A stretch of 64,000 bases of DNA from Promethearchaeota archaeon (GCA_030603385.1 JAUVXW010000003.1:32001-96000); one strand, 5' to 3'. Counted from the stretch's first letter, positions 1 to 11,015 are shown. Made by a program: numbers and translations. Notes: generated by a model from the letters alone, not told the origin.

Positions 1-1
1 A

Positions 2-886
2 TACATCCATCATCTCATGGGTATAGACGCAAAACCAACTGAAAAATATGATTTAAGTTCACTTCGAGAAATCTCTCAAACAGCATCTACACTCTCACCT
101 GAAGGATTTGAATATGTGTATAGAGATATTAAAAAAGATTTATATTTCAATTCAATAAGCGGAGGGACTGATTTTAATGGGTGTTTTGCTTGTGCATTAC
201 CCATACTTCCGGTATATTCTGGGGAACTTCAAGTAAAATCACTAGGAATGAAGGTTCAGGCTTATAATGAAAATGGTGAACCAGTTCTTGATGAACAAGC
301 TGAATTAGTATGTGAAGCTCCCTCCCCTTCAATGCCTATTTACTTCTGGGGAGATGATGATAATATGACAAAATATAAAGCAGCCTACTTTAATGATTTT
401 AAAGATAAAGATAAGAATGTGTGGCGTCATGGTGATTATATAGTAATTCATAGTGATACGGGTGGAATAACTTTTTGGGGGCGCTCTGATGCTGTTCTGA
501 AACCTTCTGGAGTCAGAATTGGAACAGCTGAGATTTATAATGTTGTTGAACAGTTATCAGAAATAGCTGACTCGTTGGTGATTGGACAAAAGATTAGTGG
601 TGATATCCGAATTGTAATGTTTGTATTGTTAAACGAGGGTTATGAGCTCACTGATGACTTGAAGGATAAAATTAGAAAAACATTACGAGAGAAAACTTCC
701 CCTAGACATGTTCCCAAGCTTATAATACAAGCACCCCCAGATGGTATTCCCTATACATTTAGCAATAAAAAGGTCGAGATTGCGGTTAACAAGATAATCC
801 ATGGAATGGCAATAGCAAATAGAGGTGCTTTAAGAAATCCAGAATCATTAGATTTCTATGAAAAAATGAGAGATGAATTAAGATAA
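2..886 (+). CDS. Acetoacetyl-CoA synthetase-like acyl-CoA ligase, C-terminal part (5' end outside window)
   Basis: SISGGTD, WRHGD, GRSDAVLKPSGVRIGTAEIY and SPRHVP motifs; frame is open to the window edge. Confidence 0.9.
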   Translation, partial: YIHHLMGIDAKPTEKYDLSSLREISQTASTLSPEGFEYVYRDIKKDLYFNSISGGTDFNGCFACALPILPVYSGELQVKSLGMKVQAYNENGEPVLDEQAELVCEAPSPSMPIYFWGDDDNMTKYKAAYFNDFKDKDKNVWRHGDYIVIHSDTGGITFWGRSDAVLKPSGVRIGTAEIYNVVEQLSEIADSLVIGQKISGDIRIVMFVLLNEGYELTDDLKDKIRKTLREKTSPRHVPKLIIQAPPDGIPYTFSNKKVEIAVNKIIHGMAIANRGALRNPESLDFYEKMRDELR

Positions 887-905
887 ATTCAGTTTCTTTT
901 TATTC

Positions 906-1331
906 TTACTTATTCTTTTTGAGAATTTTAATTTTATTAATTAGATCCTCTGTTGATAGCACTTTTACGTGATTTTGTTCCTCTTTTAATTTTTTATCAT
1001 TTGACCAAACTGCAGATTTGAGTGCTAAAGCTAGTGCTAAATAAACTGAATCTTTAGGATCAGGTGAAAATGCATTCGCTTTTTCAAGAAAAAGAATAAT
1101 ATTTTTTTGAGGGATAAAAGTAATATATTCTTTTAATATTTGTACAAAAGTTTCAAAGTTTTCTTTTGATCTGTGAGTTCTTTCAAGGATTTGGGCTTGA
1201 TATTTGGAAAATTCTTCTAATAAGAATTCTGGTGCAAATAATTGTAACACATCACTAATGATAAGTTCAGCAGTTAAACCTCCCTTTATTAATGCTGCAA
1301 ATAAAATATTGGCATCAATTACTAATTTCAA
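906..1331 (-). CDS. PIN-domain (VapC-like) toxin
   Basis: LVIDANIL, DPKD, WSND acidic PIN motifs. Confidence 0.88.
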   Translation of the reverse strand: MKLVIDANILFAALIKGGLTAELIISDVLQLFAPEFLLEEFSKYQAQILERTHRSKENFETFVQILKEYITFIPQKNIILFLEKANAFSPDPKDSVYLALALALKSAVWSNDKKLKEEQNHVKVLSTEDLINKIKILKKNK

Positions 1332-1333
1332 CG

Positions 1334-1558
1334 TTATTCCCTCAAATAACGCTCAGCTATCAATTTACTTACTTCTTTTCCTAACTTTAAAGCATCTTCA
1401 GGAGTAATCTCACTATCTATCCGAAACCCTCTTAAGAATTTAAGATGAGCTATTTTTTGCTTAATTGATGTTCGAGCGACCTCTGACCAATTAATTTCTG
1501 GGAATTCTTCCATCTCCTTTTTTAAATCTTCTGGGATTGAAAGGGTTATATTTGCCAT
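1334..1558 (-). CDS. Ribbon-helix-helix antitoxin (start moved to ATG 1558)
   Basis: MANITLSIPEDLKKEM..INWSEVAR; 2 nt upstream of the PIN gene. Confidence 0.82.
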   Translation of the reverse strand: MANITLSIPEDLKKEMEEFPEINWSEVARTSIKQKIAHLKFLRGFRIDSEITPEDALKLGKEVSKLIAERYLRE

Positions 1559-1683
1559 TTTTTTAAATTTTTTTGTTCTATGTGAATTTATGTGAATACA
1601 CATATTAATATTTTTCTTCTGAATAATATAATCAAATTGAACAAAGAGAAAATAAAATTTGTAAAATGTTCAAGAATATAGGT

Positions 1684-2517
1684 TTAATCAACCCAAAAGT
1701 CTTTTGCTAATCCTCTTCTGGTTTGCCATAATCCATCCTTTCGATTAAAACCGATAACACCCTTCCCTTGATCAGCATCTTTTATTTTCCACATTCCATT
1801 AACAGCTCCAGTTAAGCCCGCTGATAGAACTTCAAAGCCTTGCGCAGTATACAAATCGCATTCTACCCCTCGATTAATTATAAATTTTAATTGACGCATC
1901 CCTTGTTGGTTTTTAGATTTAAGTACTTCTAATAGTTTTTCAACCTCATTATCGAGTTGGTTATCAGGAACTAATCTATTCCACAAATTCCATTCGACGG
2001 CTTTTTTACCTGAATGAAGCGCACCAAGAAGGTTGATTTCCTTAGCTCTCCTTCGACCTATGAATCGAGCCAATCGTGTCGTACCCCCCCATCCAGGCGT
2101 TATTCCAACATCTACTTCAGGCATTCCCCACTTTGAGCGTTCAGTAGCAATAACAAAATCACAAGCCATAGTTATTTCTAACCCACCACCAACTGCATAT
2201 CCATCTACAGCAGCAATTGTGATTTTATCTAATTCTTCAAGTTGATTAGCCATATTTTGATAATATCTTGCACGACGAGTTATATCATTAGCGTCACCCC
2301 ACCTTACCATTTCACTAATATCGTCTCCAACACAGAAATTATTCCCCGCTCCTTTAATAACCAGGAATTTAAATTTTTTAGATTGCCTAATGATTTCTAT
2401 TGCGGAAACTATTTCATCAGATAGTTTCATGCTTAAAGCATTTTTAACTTCTGGACGATTGAGTGTTATAAACGCAGTTTTATCCTTCTCTTCATATATT
2501 AAATTTTCAAAATTCAT
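1684..2517 (-). CDS. Enoyl-CoA hydratase/isomerase
   Basis: ITLNRP, GYAVGGGLE, MPEVDVGITPGWGG. Confidence 0.92.
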   Translation of the reverse strand: MNFENLIYEEKDKTAFITLNRPEVKNALSMKLSDEIVSAIEIIRQSKKFKFLVIKGAGNNFCVGDDISEMVRWGDANDITRRARYYQNMANQLEELDKITIAAVDGYAVGGGLEITMACDFVIATERSKWGMPEVDVGITPGWGGTTRLARFIGRRRAKEINLLGALHSGKKAVEWNLWNRLVPDNQLDNEVEKLLEVLKSKNQQGMRQLKFIINRGVECDLYTAQGFEVLSAGLTGAVNGMWKIKDADQGKGVIGFNRKDGLWQTRRGLAKDFWVD

Positions 2518-2765
2518 AACTTCCTCTTAATTAAAATATAATTTAAATTTTGCTGAGTTTCTACATACAAGTGAAAAATAAAGAAGAACCTAAAATATTG
2601 TATATAGTGAAACACTTAAGAACCTAAATTCTCTTGACCTCTATATAGAAATGAAAGAAAAACATCTTTTTTCTAACTTTTTAATTATAAAATTGAATGA
2701 TTTAAATGGAAATTTCTATAGTCTATAGAGATATAGTTTAAATTTATACAATTTAAACCATTATT

Positions 2766-3383
2766 ATGGATTTATATGACAAATTACCTGATGGCCCAAT
2801 TAAACCTGTAGGAGACCTCTCAAAAAAATTTTTAGAGCTCAGGATTAAATCGTTCAAGGAAGCCTGTGATTATGTACACAATATAGATTATGGTTATAAT
2901 ACAAATTATGATGATAAAATGATACTTTTTAAAGAGGACATGGGTACATGCACAACCAAACATGCGGTAATAGCAGGTCTTGCGGAAGAACTTAATATAC
3001 CTCTCCATAAACATGTAGGTATCTATAAATTAACAGAAGAAATCTCTACTAATACAAATGAAATATTAAAAAAATATAACATACCCTATATACCTATGGC
3101 TCACTGCTTTTTAGTGTATAAAGATTTCCGTTTTGATCTCACAGAAGGTAATTGTAATGGAAAAAATACAACTATCAAGAATTTCATCCATGAGGAAGAA
3201 GTAGATCCATTTATCAGCAGAAAGGATGAATATTTACTTTATAAAAGGATATTAAAAGAACAAGTTCTACCATCGAAAGAAATGGTGGGTATTAAGGAAA
3301 GAACTCTGCTAAAAGCAAGGGAGGAATCTATAATTCTTTTTAAAAAAAATGTGAAAAAGCAGAAGGAATTAGAGACGTCTTAA
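2766..3383 (+). CDS. Hypothetical protein, possible transglutaminase-like fold
   Basis: GTCTTKH...AHCFL...FDLT candidate Cys-His-Asp triad. Confidence 0.55.
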   Translation: MDLYDKLPDGPIKPVGDLSKKFLELRIKSFKEACDYVHNIDYGYNTNYDDKMILFKEDMGTCTTKHAVIAGLAEELNIPLHKHVGIYKLTEEISTNTNEILKKYNIPYIPMAHCFLVYKDFRFDLTEGNCNGKNTTIKNFIHEEEVDPFISRKDEYLLYKRILKEQVLPSKEMVGIKERTLLKAREESIILFKKNVKKQKELETS

Positions 3384-3403
3384 CTTGCTTTATTTGTTGC
3401 TTT

Positions 3404-4027
3404 TCATTTGCGCTCCATAAACACATAATTTGCGATATGGGGTACAGGTTTTCCTCTAATTTCTATTGTTTTTAATTCAATTATCTTAAAGTATGATTCA
3501 AAAAGGTTTTTTAGCTCCTCCTCAGATGAAAAATACAAAACTGTACCCAAAGGAGTTTCTCTGTATTTTCCTTGACCACCAAAGCAAGGATCTTTCTCAC
3601 TGAAACTAACCGAAAGATATTTTGCCTTTGGATTCAGTATTTTGTACACATTTTCAACATATTTCTGTCTTTTTTCAGGAAAAATATGATGCAATAATTC
3701 CCAATCATATGCAAAATCAAAATTGATCTTGAAATCTTCAATATTACTAACAATATCCCCAACAAGGAAGTTACACTCAACTCCCTTTTCTTTAGCTTTC
3801 TTTTTAGCTATCGATATGGCTGAAGTAGAAATATCAATTCCAGTAACATTAAATCCTTTAGTGGCAATGTAAATAGTATAATTACCAATACCGCAGCCTA
3901 AATCAATGGTTCTACAAGGTATTATTTTACCACTCTCAACTAATTCAATTAAAGAATCTGGAGGTGTTTCGTAATTCCAAGGGATCTTTTTTAATGGCAT
4001 TTCCCTATAAATTTTATCTATATCCAC
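3404..4027 (-). CDS. Class I SAM-dependent methyltransferase (TPMT/TehB-like)
   Basis: IPW, IDLGCGIG, GIDIS motifs. Confidence 0.9.
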   Translation of the reverse strand: MDIDKIYREMPLKKIPWNYETPPDSLIELVESGKIIPCRTIDLGCGIGNYTIYIATKGFNVTGIDISTSAISIAKKKAKEKGVECNFLVGDIVSNIEDFKINFDFAYDWELLHHIFPEKRQKYVENVYKILNPKAKYLSVSFSEKDPCFGGQGKYRETPLGTVLYFSSEEELKNLFESYFKIIELKTIEIRGKPVPHIANYVFMERK

Positions 4028-4215
4028 TTACCTCACTTAATTTTTTATTTATATACTTCATAATAAAAAATTCTTTCTATAAGGATTTTACAATATAAAA
4101 TAAATTAAAAAAAAAGATAAGATTCGATAACAATCGCAAAAACAGATTTTTACTAATTATTATTTGTTTCTTATGTTATATTTTCTTTTTTGTAGATTTA
4201 TAAAAGTCTATAAGG

Positions 4216-4476
4216 TTAAAAACGGAAATCTCTTCTACCGCCTCGATTGTACGGATTAGGCGGAGCTTTTTCGGTTACGACTACATTCGAAGCTTGTGGA
4301 CCCTTTTGTCCATCGACAACTTCAAATTCAACCTTATCATTCTCATTTAACGTTTTATATTCGTCATCTCTTCCACTTAATGCGGTGTAGTGAACAAATA
4401 CATCGTTACCTTCTTCAGAGTTTATAAATCCAAAGCCTTTTCGGCTATTAAACCATTTTACTGTTCCTTTTACCAA
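4216..4476 (-). CDS. cspA: Cold-shock protein with RGG-containing tail
   Basis: GTVKWFN, KGFGFI (RNP1), VFVH (RNP2), KGPQA. Confidence 0.95.
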   Translation of the reverse strand: MVKGTVKWFNSRKGFGFINSEEGNDVFVHYTALSGRDDEYKTLNENDKVEFEVVDGQKGPQASNVVVTEKAPPNPYNRGGRRDFRF

Positions 4477-4642
4477 TTCAATTCACTTAAAATTTTTGAA
4501 AAAAATACTTTATTTTGTACAAGTATTGATTAGAAAAAAGTACCTAAAGGTAATAAACTTTGACATTTTTGGGATAGATGGAGAATTTTTTCCAGAAGAT
4601 CAAGTACTTAAGCCTATTATACACGTGATTTTATTTTGGAAA

Positions 4643-4672
4643 ATTAAACCATTTTACTGTTCCTTTTACCAA
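4643..4672 (-). repeat. Exact 30-bp copy of the csp 5' end (4447-4476)
   Basis: attaaaccattttactgttccttttaccaa at both positions. Confidence 0.9.
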
Positions 4673-4895
4673 AGCACTTTTTGATAATGGGATTGGTTTT
4701 ACCGACTTTTTTGAGATTTCTGAAAAAAAAATCTAAAGGATCTTTAAAAATTTTCTTTTTTTTCCTAATTACCATTAATCTACATTAATCTTGAATTATT
4801 AAAAGTGAAAAATTAATTATATAATTTGTAATAAATTGACTAAGTTATTATTAATTAAATTACTTAACAGAATACGTTAACGTCTGAAACATCCT

Positions 4896-5858
4896 ATGAA
4901 TAAAGCAAAATTTTATGACATTGTGAAAATGGATGATATACGTGTATCAGTACCACAAACCAGCCACTTTAGTGTAGGAACATCTCCCTATTACGCACAC
5001 CAGCATGGACTTGCTATAGACATTTACCACGACTTAACTTTAGAAAACTATGAGGTATTAAGCCCAGTTTCTGGAAAAATCTTGAAAGTCAAACCTCTAA
5101 TCGCCCCGAAACCGAAATTTATAGGTGGAATTAATAAAGATTACCTAATTTTGATCAGTAATCCCTCTAATTCTGATTTAGTGTGGAAACTCATGCATGT
5201 TAAACCATCTGGTAATGTAGGGGACCAGATCGAAATAGGAGACCCATTAGGGAAAACAATTCGAAATGGATATTTTGCTTATTGGTCAAGTCCTCACTTA
5301 CATCTAGAAATGAGACCATTTAAAGATGCTATCCGCGCTCGTGGTGGAAAACATTTTTCTTTAGCAGTTGAAATTAAAAAGAACTTTAAAAAGTCTCCTA
5401 TGAATTTAAAATTTAAAGAAGTTCCAGTAGAAATTCAATCAATTTTTCCAGAATATATTCTTGGGCGATTTCCAGAATCCTTCTATCATAAAATTTTACC
5501 AATTATCGGAGTTAAGGTAGAAGTAAATCAATTAAATTGTTTATTAGACGGAGGTATCCCTCATTATAAGATCGGTACCGTTATTTCGCAACAAGAAAAT
5601 AGTTTAAATCCTTCTCATTCAGTAAATTTAGGAATTGATAAGATTGGAACTTTACATGAAATTAATGGGCAATTTGGATTTCTTAAATTTGATTCTGTTA
5701 ATTTCTCACTTAATACCAAAGAAATAAGAGGAATTTCACTCTATCTCGCGAATTTCTTACCTTTAATAAAAATAATTCCATATCAAAAGAATGAATTTTC
5801 GTTTGAACCAAATTCTATTCAATATTTAAGTCTATTTTCAAACCATCTAACAACTTGA
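4896..5858 (+). CDS. M23-like metallopeptidase domain protein
   Basis: HGLAID (HxxxD), SPVSG, PHLHLE (HxH). Confidence 0.7.
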   Translation: MNKAKFYDIVKMDDIRVSVPQTSHFSVGTSPYYAHQHGLAIDIYHDLTLENYEVLSPVSGKILKVKPLIAPKPKFIGGINKDYLILISNPSNSDLVWKLMHVKPSGNVGDQIEIGDPLGKTIRNGYFAYWSSPHLHLEMRPFKDAIRARGGKHFSLAVEIKKNFKKSPMNLKFKEVPVEIQSIFPEYILGRFPESFYHKILPIIGVKVEVNQLNCLLDGGIPHYKIGTVISQQENSLNPSHSVNLGIDKIGTLHEINGQFGFLKFDSVNFSLNTKEIRGISLYLANFLPLIKIIPYQKNEFSFEPNSIQYLSLFSNHLTT

Positions 5859-8800
5859 TTACTCAATAGTTTCTTGGATTATCGGAAGTGTAAAATAAAA
5901 AGTCGATCCTTCATTTCTCCCTTCAGATTCAACCCAAATCTTTCCTCCATGTAATTCTACTATTTTTTTTGAAATGTATAACCCAAGGCCAGAACCATCA
6001 GATATTATATCAAGTCCTTGACCATACCTTTCAATCTTTCCAAATTGAGTAAATAATCTTTCTTTCTCTTCCTTAGTTATCCCAATTCCGCTGTCCTTTA
6101 TTGAAACTATAATAAGATTATCTTTAATTTCAGATACAATTTCTATAGTCCCATCGGGGGGAGTATATTTTATCGCGTTGTTTATCAAATTACTTATTAC
6201 TTGATGTATCTGTTCTGGCTCAAAACTCGTTATCAGCTTATCATGAATGGTTAAATTGATAGTATGATTCCTCAATCTAGCTAATCCTCGTAATTCTCTC
6301 ACACTCAATTTTATAAAGAAAGATAAGTCGTCTACAATTTTTTTTAGTTGAACCTTTCCTGACTCTAATTCAGCTGTATTTAAGATATCTTGTATAAGAC
6401 CTTCGAGGCGTTCACATCCTTGCTTAATTTCAATAACTGATGCTAGAACATAATCATCTAACTTTTCTTTATGCACACTTAATAAAAGATCAGAATAACC
6501 TTTAATTGAAACTAAAGGTGTTTTCAATTCGTGTGAAGTCCTTCTCATAAATTCCGATTTTAAACTATTTAATTTGACTAACTCTTGTTCAGCTACTTTT
6601 TTTTCTGTAATGTCCATGACTGATACTAACTCTGCGGGGCTTCCCATATAATTGATAACTGTTGAGAATTGATCAACCCATTTTAACTTACCTGATTTAG
6701 TGAATACTCGATAGGAATAATACGGTTTTACATTAGGATCTCCCCTCCGTAATTTCTCTCGATATTCTCTTAAAAACTGTAAATCATCAGGATGTATCAT
6801 TTGGACTATATTATCTGTTGTCCAATTTGCGATATCTTCATTGGAATATTCAAAAATTTGCAGTAGGGCATTATTCACATATTCAATTTTATTATTTACT
6901 GTTATCAAAATACCCGTAAATGATTGTTCAGCAATCGTTCTAAATTTCTCTTCCGATTCCTTTAGTTTTTGTTCAGATATTTTCTCATCAGTTATATCGT
7001 GAATTGTGACAAAATCCGCTGGTTTTCCTCTATAATTAATATTTTTTGAGAATAATTCTAACCATACGATATCTCCATTTTTCTTTATCCCTCTAAAATG
7101 ATATTGGTTAATAACATTTGATTCACCCAATTGTTTTTTTCTAGCTTGCTCAGCAACTAATTTTCTATCCTCAGGATATATAATATTAAGAAAACCTCCT
7201 TTTTTCCATGCCATAATTTCTTGTACAGTGTAACCAAATATATTAGCAAGTTGGTTATTTACATATTGAATTATATCATCTTGTAGAATAGCGATCCCCA
7301 AGAAAGACTGTTCTGTAAGTGTTCTGAATTTCTCTTCCGATTTCTTTAGTTTTTGTTCAGCATTCTTACGCTCCGTAATATCCTGAGCAACGGCTATAAG
7401 TCTTATTATCTTACCATTTTCATCTTTAATTCCTAAACTGATTGCTTCTGCTAGAAATTCTGTTCCATCTTCTTTAAGCATCGTGTAATGATTGATTCCT
7501 CTTGATATTCCTTCTAAAGACTTATTCATAGCCTCCTTTAGTTTTGGTAAATCGTTTTCTGAAAAGAAATTTCGAATATTTTTGCCTTCTAAAAGTTCTG
7601 GATTTTTCACACCATGAAGATCACAGAATTTCTGATTGTACAAAACTATATTTCCATTTAAATCTAAAACAACAATAGAAGCAGGTACCATTTCAAATAA
7701 AGTTCTAAATTTTTCTTCTGACTCTTTTAACTTTTCTTCCGATATTTTCCTTTCATTAATATCTTGCATTATTATTTGGAGATACATTTTATCTTTCAAT
7801 TTAAAAATTGAAGCTGTTGGCTCCACCCATATTGGAGAGCCATCTTTCTTAACAATTTGCAATTCATTAGGTTTTGGTATATCTCCTTTAAGTAGAACTT
7901 TAAAGTCCGCCATAACTATAGGAAGATACTTGCGAGGAAACATGGGTATATCAATCATATTTTTTCCAATTATATCTTCTCTGGTATATCCAGTTATTTG
8001 ATCTTCCTTAAAATTACAATCTATAATTTTACCCGTCATATCTCCGATTATTATAGAGTATGGTGAACTCATAAATAAATGAGAATATTTTGCTTCTGAT
8101 TCTTTTAACAAATTTTCAGCTGTTTTTCGTTCAGTGATATCTGCCACAAGGGCAATTGCACCTTTATAACTACCCTTATTGTCAAAAATTGGAGAAGCCA
8201 TCAATCTCGTAATCACTTTTTTACCATCTTTTCGAATAAATTCTTTTTCAATTTCTTCCTTCACACCCCTTTTTCTCCTTTCAAGAGTGTTCTTTGTTAT
8301 TTCTATATCTTCTAGAGATGTAATATCGAATAAATTTCTCCCTATCATCTCATCAACTTCATATCCCAATATTTTTGCCATACTTGGATTTACTAAGGTT
8401 GTATTCGCATTTTCATCAATAACCCACACACCTTCTAAGGAGTCTTCTATTAACTGTCGATACTTTTTTTCTGATTCCTTAATTGTTTGTGCTGCTTCAA
8501 TACGTTCAGTTATATCATGAAAAGAAGTTACCATAAATCCAGGGTTAGTTTGAAAAGCAAAAACCTCATAAGCACCTTGTATCTTCTCATCCTTATAATC
8601 CACTTGGTCCCATTTCCATGTACTTCCTTCTTTAGCAATATTTTTATAACGTTCTGGTATATCGGTGTTAATTAGTGGTGGAAACGCCTCTTCTATTGTT
8701 TTACCAATAAACTGTTTATTATCTGCATTAAGTATTTTATCTGCAGTGGGATTTGCGTCAATAAATATAAGTTGTCCATCTGAATTTAACTCATATACAT

Positions 8801-9257
8801 GTAAACCTATAGGAATTGATTCAAATATATTTCTAAATCTTTTTTCTGATTCTATTGATTTTAATTCTGCAAGTTTTCTTTGCGTAATATCAGTGATAAT
8901 ATGAACTGTTCCAGTGATCTCACTTTCATCATTAAAGACAGGATCTGCGGAAATTTCAACCCATCTTCCATTAAGTTGTCTAATGGTAGCTTCTCTGTGA
9001 CCAGACTCCAGCATAAGTTTCACAGGGCACCATTCAATCGGTCCTGACGTACCATGTACTAATTCCCAACAAGAGTGACCAATGATTTCGCTATAACTAG
9101 ATTTCCCCAAAATATCAAGTGTTGCTCTATTGCATTGAATAATTTTATAATCTAAATCAATGAGAAAAATAGACTCCCCTATAGCATCAAGAGTTGCTTG
9201 CCATAGTTTTGTATTATTTTTTAACTCCCCTTCAATTTTTTCGGTAATATCTTTCAA
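5859..9257 (-). CDS. Soluble multi-PAS (~7) histidine kinase
   Basis: Repeated DITERK/SEEKFR PAS linkers; SHELKTPL H-box; NAIKY, DSGIG, GSGLGL. Confidence 0.95.
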   Translation of the reverse strand: MKDITEKIEGELKNNTKLWQATLDAIGESIFLIDLDYKIIQCNRATLDILGKSSYSEIIGHSCWELVHGTSGPIEWCPVKLMLESGHREATIRQLNGRWVEISADPVFNDESEITGTVHIITDITQRKLAELKSIESEKRFRNIFESIPIGLHVYELNSDGQLIFIDANPTADKILNADNKQFIGKTIEEAFPPLINTDIPERYKNIAKEGSTWKWDQVDYKDEKIQGAYEVFAFQTNPGFMVTSFHDITERIEAAQTIKESEKKYRQLIEDSLEGVWVIDENANTTLVNPSMAKILGYEVDEMIGRNLFDITSLEDIEITKNTLERRKRGVKEEIEKEFIRKDGKKVITRLMASPIFDNKGSYKGAIALVADITERKTAENLLKESEAKYSHLFMSSPYSIIIGDMTGKIIDCNFKEDQITGYTREDIIGKNMIDIPMFPRKYLPIVMADFKVLLKGDIPKPNELQIVKKDGSPIWVEPTASIFKLKDKMYLQIIMQDINERKISEEKLKESEEKFRTLFEMVPASIVVLDLNGNIVLYNQKFCDLHGVKNPELLEGKNIRNFFSENDLPKLKEAMNKSLEGISRGINHYTMLKEDGTEFLAEAISLGIKDENGKIIRLIAVAQDITERKNAEQKLKKSEEKFRTLTEQSFLGIAILQDDIIQYVNNQLANIFGYTVQEIMAWKKGGFLNIIYPEDRKLVAEQARKKQLGESNVINQYHFRGIKKNGDIVWLELFSKNINYRGKPADFVTIHDITDEKISEQKLKESEEKFRTIAEQSFTGILITVNNKIEYVNNALLQIFEYSNEDIANWTTDNIVQMIHPDDLQFLREYREKLRRGDPNVKPYYSYRVFTKSGKLKWVDQFSTVINYMGSPAELVSVMDITEKKVAEQELVKLNSLKSEFMRRTSHELKTPLVSIKGYSDLLLSVHKEKLDDYVLASVIEIKQGCERLEGLIQDILNTAELESGKVQLKKIVDDLSFFIKLSVRELRGLARLRNHTINLTIHDKLITSFEPEQIHQVISNLINNAIKYTPPDGTIEIVSEIKDNLIIVSIKDSGIGITKEEKERLFTQFGKIERYGQGLDIISDGSGLGLYISKKIVELHGGKIWVESEGRNEGSTFYFTLPIIQETIE

Positions 9258-9494
9258 AATATCCTTATCCCCATTTATCTAATAATAATAAGAGTTATAA
9301 TTTAATCAACATGTAAATTTTAAAAATAAGAAATTGTATTTAACCATTTGCACTATGAATTAAAAAAGGAACTCAAGCTCTAGAAATGAATATTCCTAAA
9401 ATATTTTTAAAAATACATAAATTATAGAGCAATGATCTCAAATAAAACTGCTTCAAAGACATTTTTAAGGGAAAAATTATCCTTAGGTAATTAC

Positions 9495-10688
9495 TTATAA
9501 CTTATTTTTTTGTATCCTCTTTAAAATATCTAAGTATTTTATAATTTCTTTAGCATCGCTTTTACCGATACAATAGTCTAACTGTTTAGTGAAGAATTGG
9601 CTCAAGATTTTCAATTGAGGGCTTGAAATTTTAAATTTATTACCCTCCTCAATTTGTTTATCTAGTATAGTATCCTTTACTTCTTCAATATTCATATTAA
9701 TTATTTGAAGTGCTATCCATTCGAAAACATCATCAATGTTTTCACTTGTTTTTGCTGAGGTTTCCATATAATATATTCCTAATTCTTTTGCCAATTCCAT
9801 GCCTTCTTCTGTAGTAATTTCTCTTGAATTACCTAAGTCTACTTTATTTCCCACCAATATTAACAATATGTTTGGAAAAGCTACTTCTGTAATAATATCA
9901 TACCATTTTTTCACATTTTCAAATGACTCTCGATCTATTATATCGAAAACTATAATACCTGCACGTGAATCAGTTAGATAATCTGGCCAAAGGCGTTGAA
10001 ATTGACTTTGACCTGCTAAATCCCAAATCATGAATCTTACAGAAGTTTTTAATTCATCAAATTGACATTCTTTTTTAGAAATAAAAGTTCCAATAGTAGC
10101 TTTATAATCTGCTTTAAATATTCCATGAACGTATCTTTGTACCATACTGGTTTTTCCTACACCACCATCACCAATTAAGCTCAATTTATAAACATAATTA
10201 GATGAAAGAGGTGCTTTCTGATAATATTCCATTTTATGTTTGATTTTTTCTACCTCAGTCTGTCTCTTAATCTTAGGCATAACTGGACTAACAGGCAACT
10301 CACCATCAATTATTCGTGCTACTTTATCAGCTGCTAAATAAGTATATGGAAAAATATCATCCACAAAAGCATTAGGGTGGAGGATAGACACTAATACATG
10401 ATCTGATCCAGATTCGCAAAAGATAAAACGAAATTTGTCTGTATCAAAAGTACCGGCACCAAAAGTACCAATATCAAAGTCTTGAGTTATTTTCTTAAGT
10501 ATTAATTCAACTAAGGCACTAAATGCTCCTACAAATTTTTTCTCATCTACATTCTCTGGATCTCGTGTTAAAATTTCTACTACTAATCCATCCTGTCCTA
10601 CTACAAGGACTGATATTAAGGATTCCCCTACTTCTTGCATGTACCATTTAAATAAAGCTTGTAATTTAGCCTTATCAATATATACCAT
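9495..10688 (-). CDS. Roadblock/longin-like domain fused to Rab-like small GTPase
   Basis: N-terminal VLVVGQDGLVV roadblock-like segment; GDGGVGKT, WDLAGQ, NKVD, ETSAK. Confidence 0.88.
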   Translation of the reverse strand: MVYIDKAKLQALFKWYMQEVGESLISVLVVGQDGLVVEILTRDPENVDEKKFVGAFSALVELILKKITQDFDIGTFGAGTFDTDKFRFIFCESGSDHVLVSILHPNAFVDDIFPYTYLAADKVARIIDGELPVSPVMPKIKRQTEVEKIKHKMEYYQKAPLSSNYVYKLSLIGDGGVGKTSMVQRYVHGIFKADYKATIGTFISKKECQFDELKTSVRFMIWDLAGQSQFQRLWPDYLTDSRAGIIVFDIIDRESFENVKKWYDIITEVAFPNILLILVGNKVDLGNSREITTEEGMELAKELGIYYMETSAKTSENIDDVFEWIALQIINMNIEEVKDTILDKQIEEGNKFKISSPQLKILSQFFTKQLDYCIGKSDAKEIIKYLDILKRIQKNKL

Positions 10689-11015
10689 TATATACCAGCC
10701 TTAATCTTTTGTTAATTATTATTTTTACTAAAAAAATCGGTCTATTTTAGTGATTATAATAGATTAATAGAGTTTGATTATTTGAATTCTTTTAAAACAA
10801 AAGGTAAAAAAAGTCAAGACAATAATTTTAATACTTGGATTTTCTTTTCTGATTCAATCACTAATAATCAGCCCTGTTAGATTTTAAAGAAGAGAAATTA
10901 ACCATTCTAAATATAATTTATACCAATAAATCACATAAAAAGTTGTATTTAACACTTTCGTTAGCGAAAAATATCAACAAAAACGGTAGAAAAGGAAAAA
11001 ATACGATTTTATCAT

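Noticed and set aside
906-1558. Toxin-antitoxin pair as a novel defence system
   Set aside because: Ordinary archaeal RHH-PIN (VapBC-like) module.
4496-4684. 62-aa plus-strand ORF
   Set aside because: Antisense to the csp leader/duplicate; TTG start and low-complexity composition.
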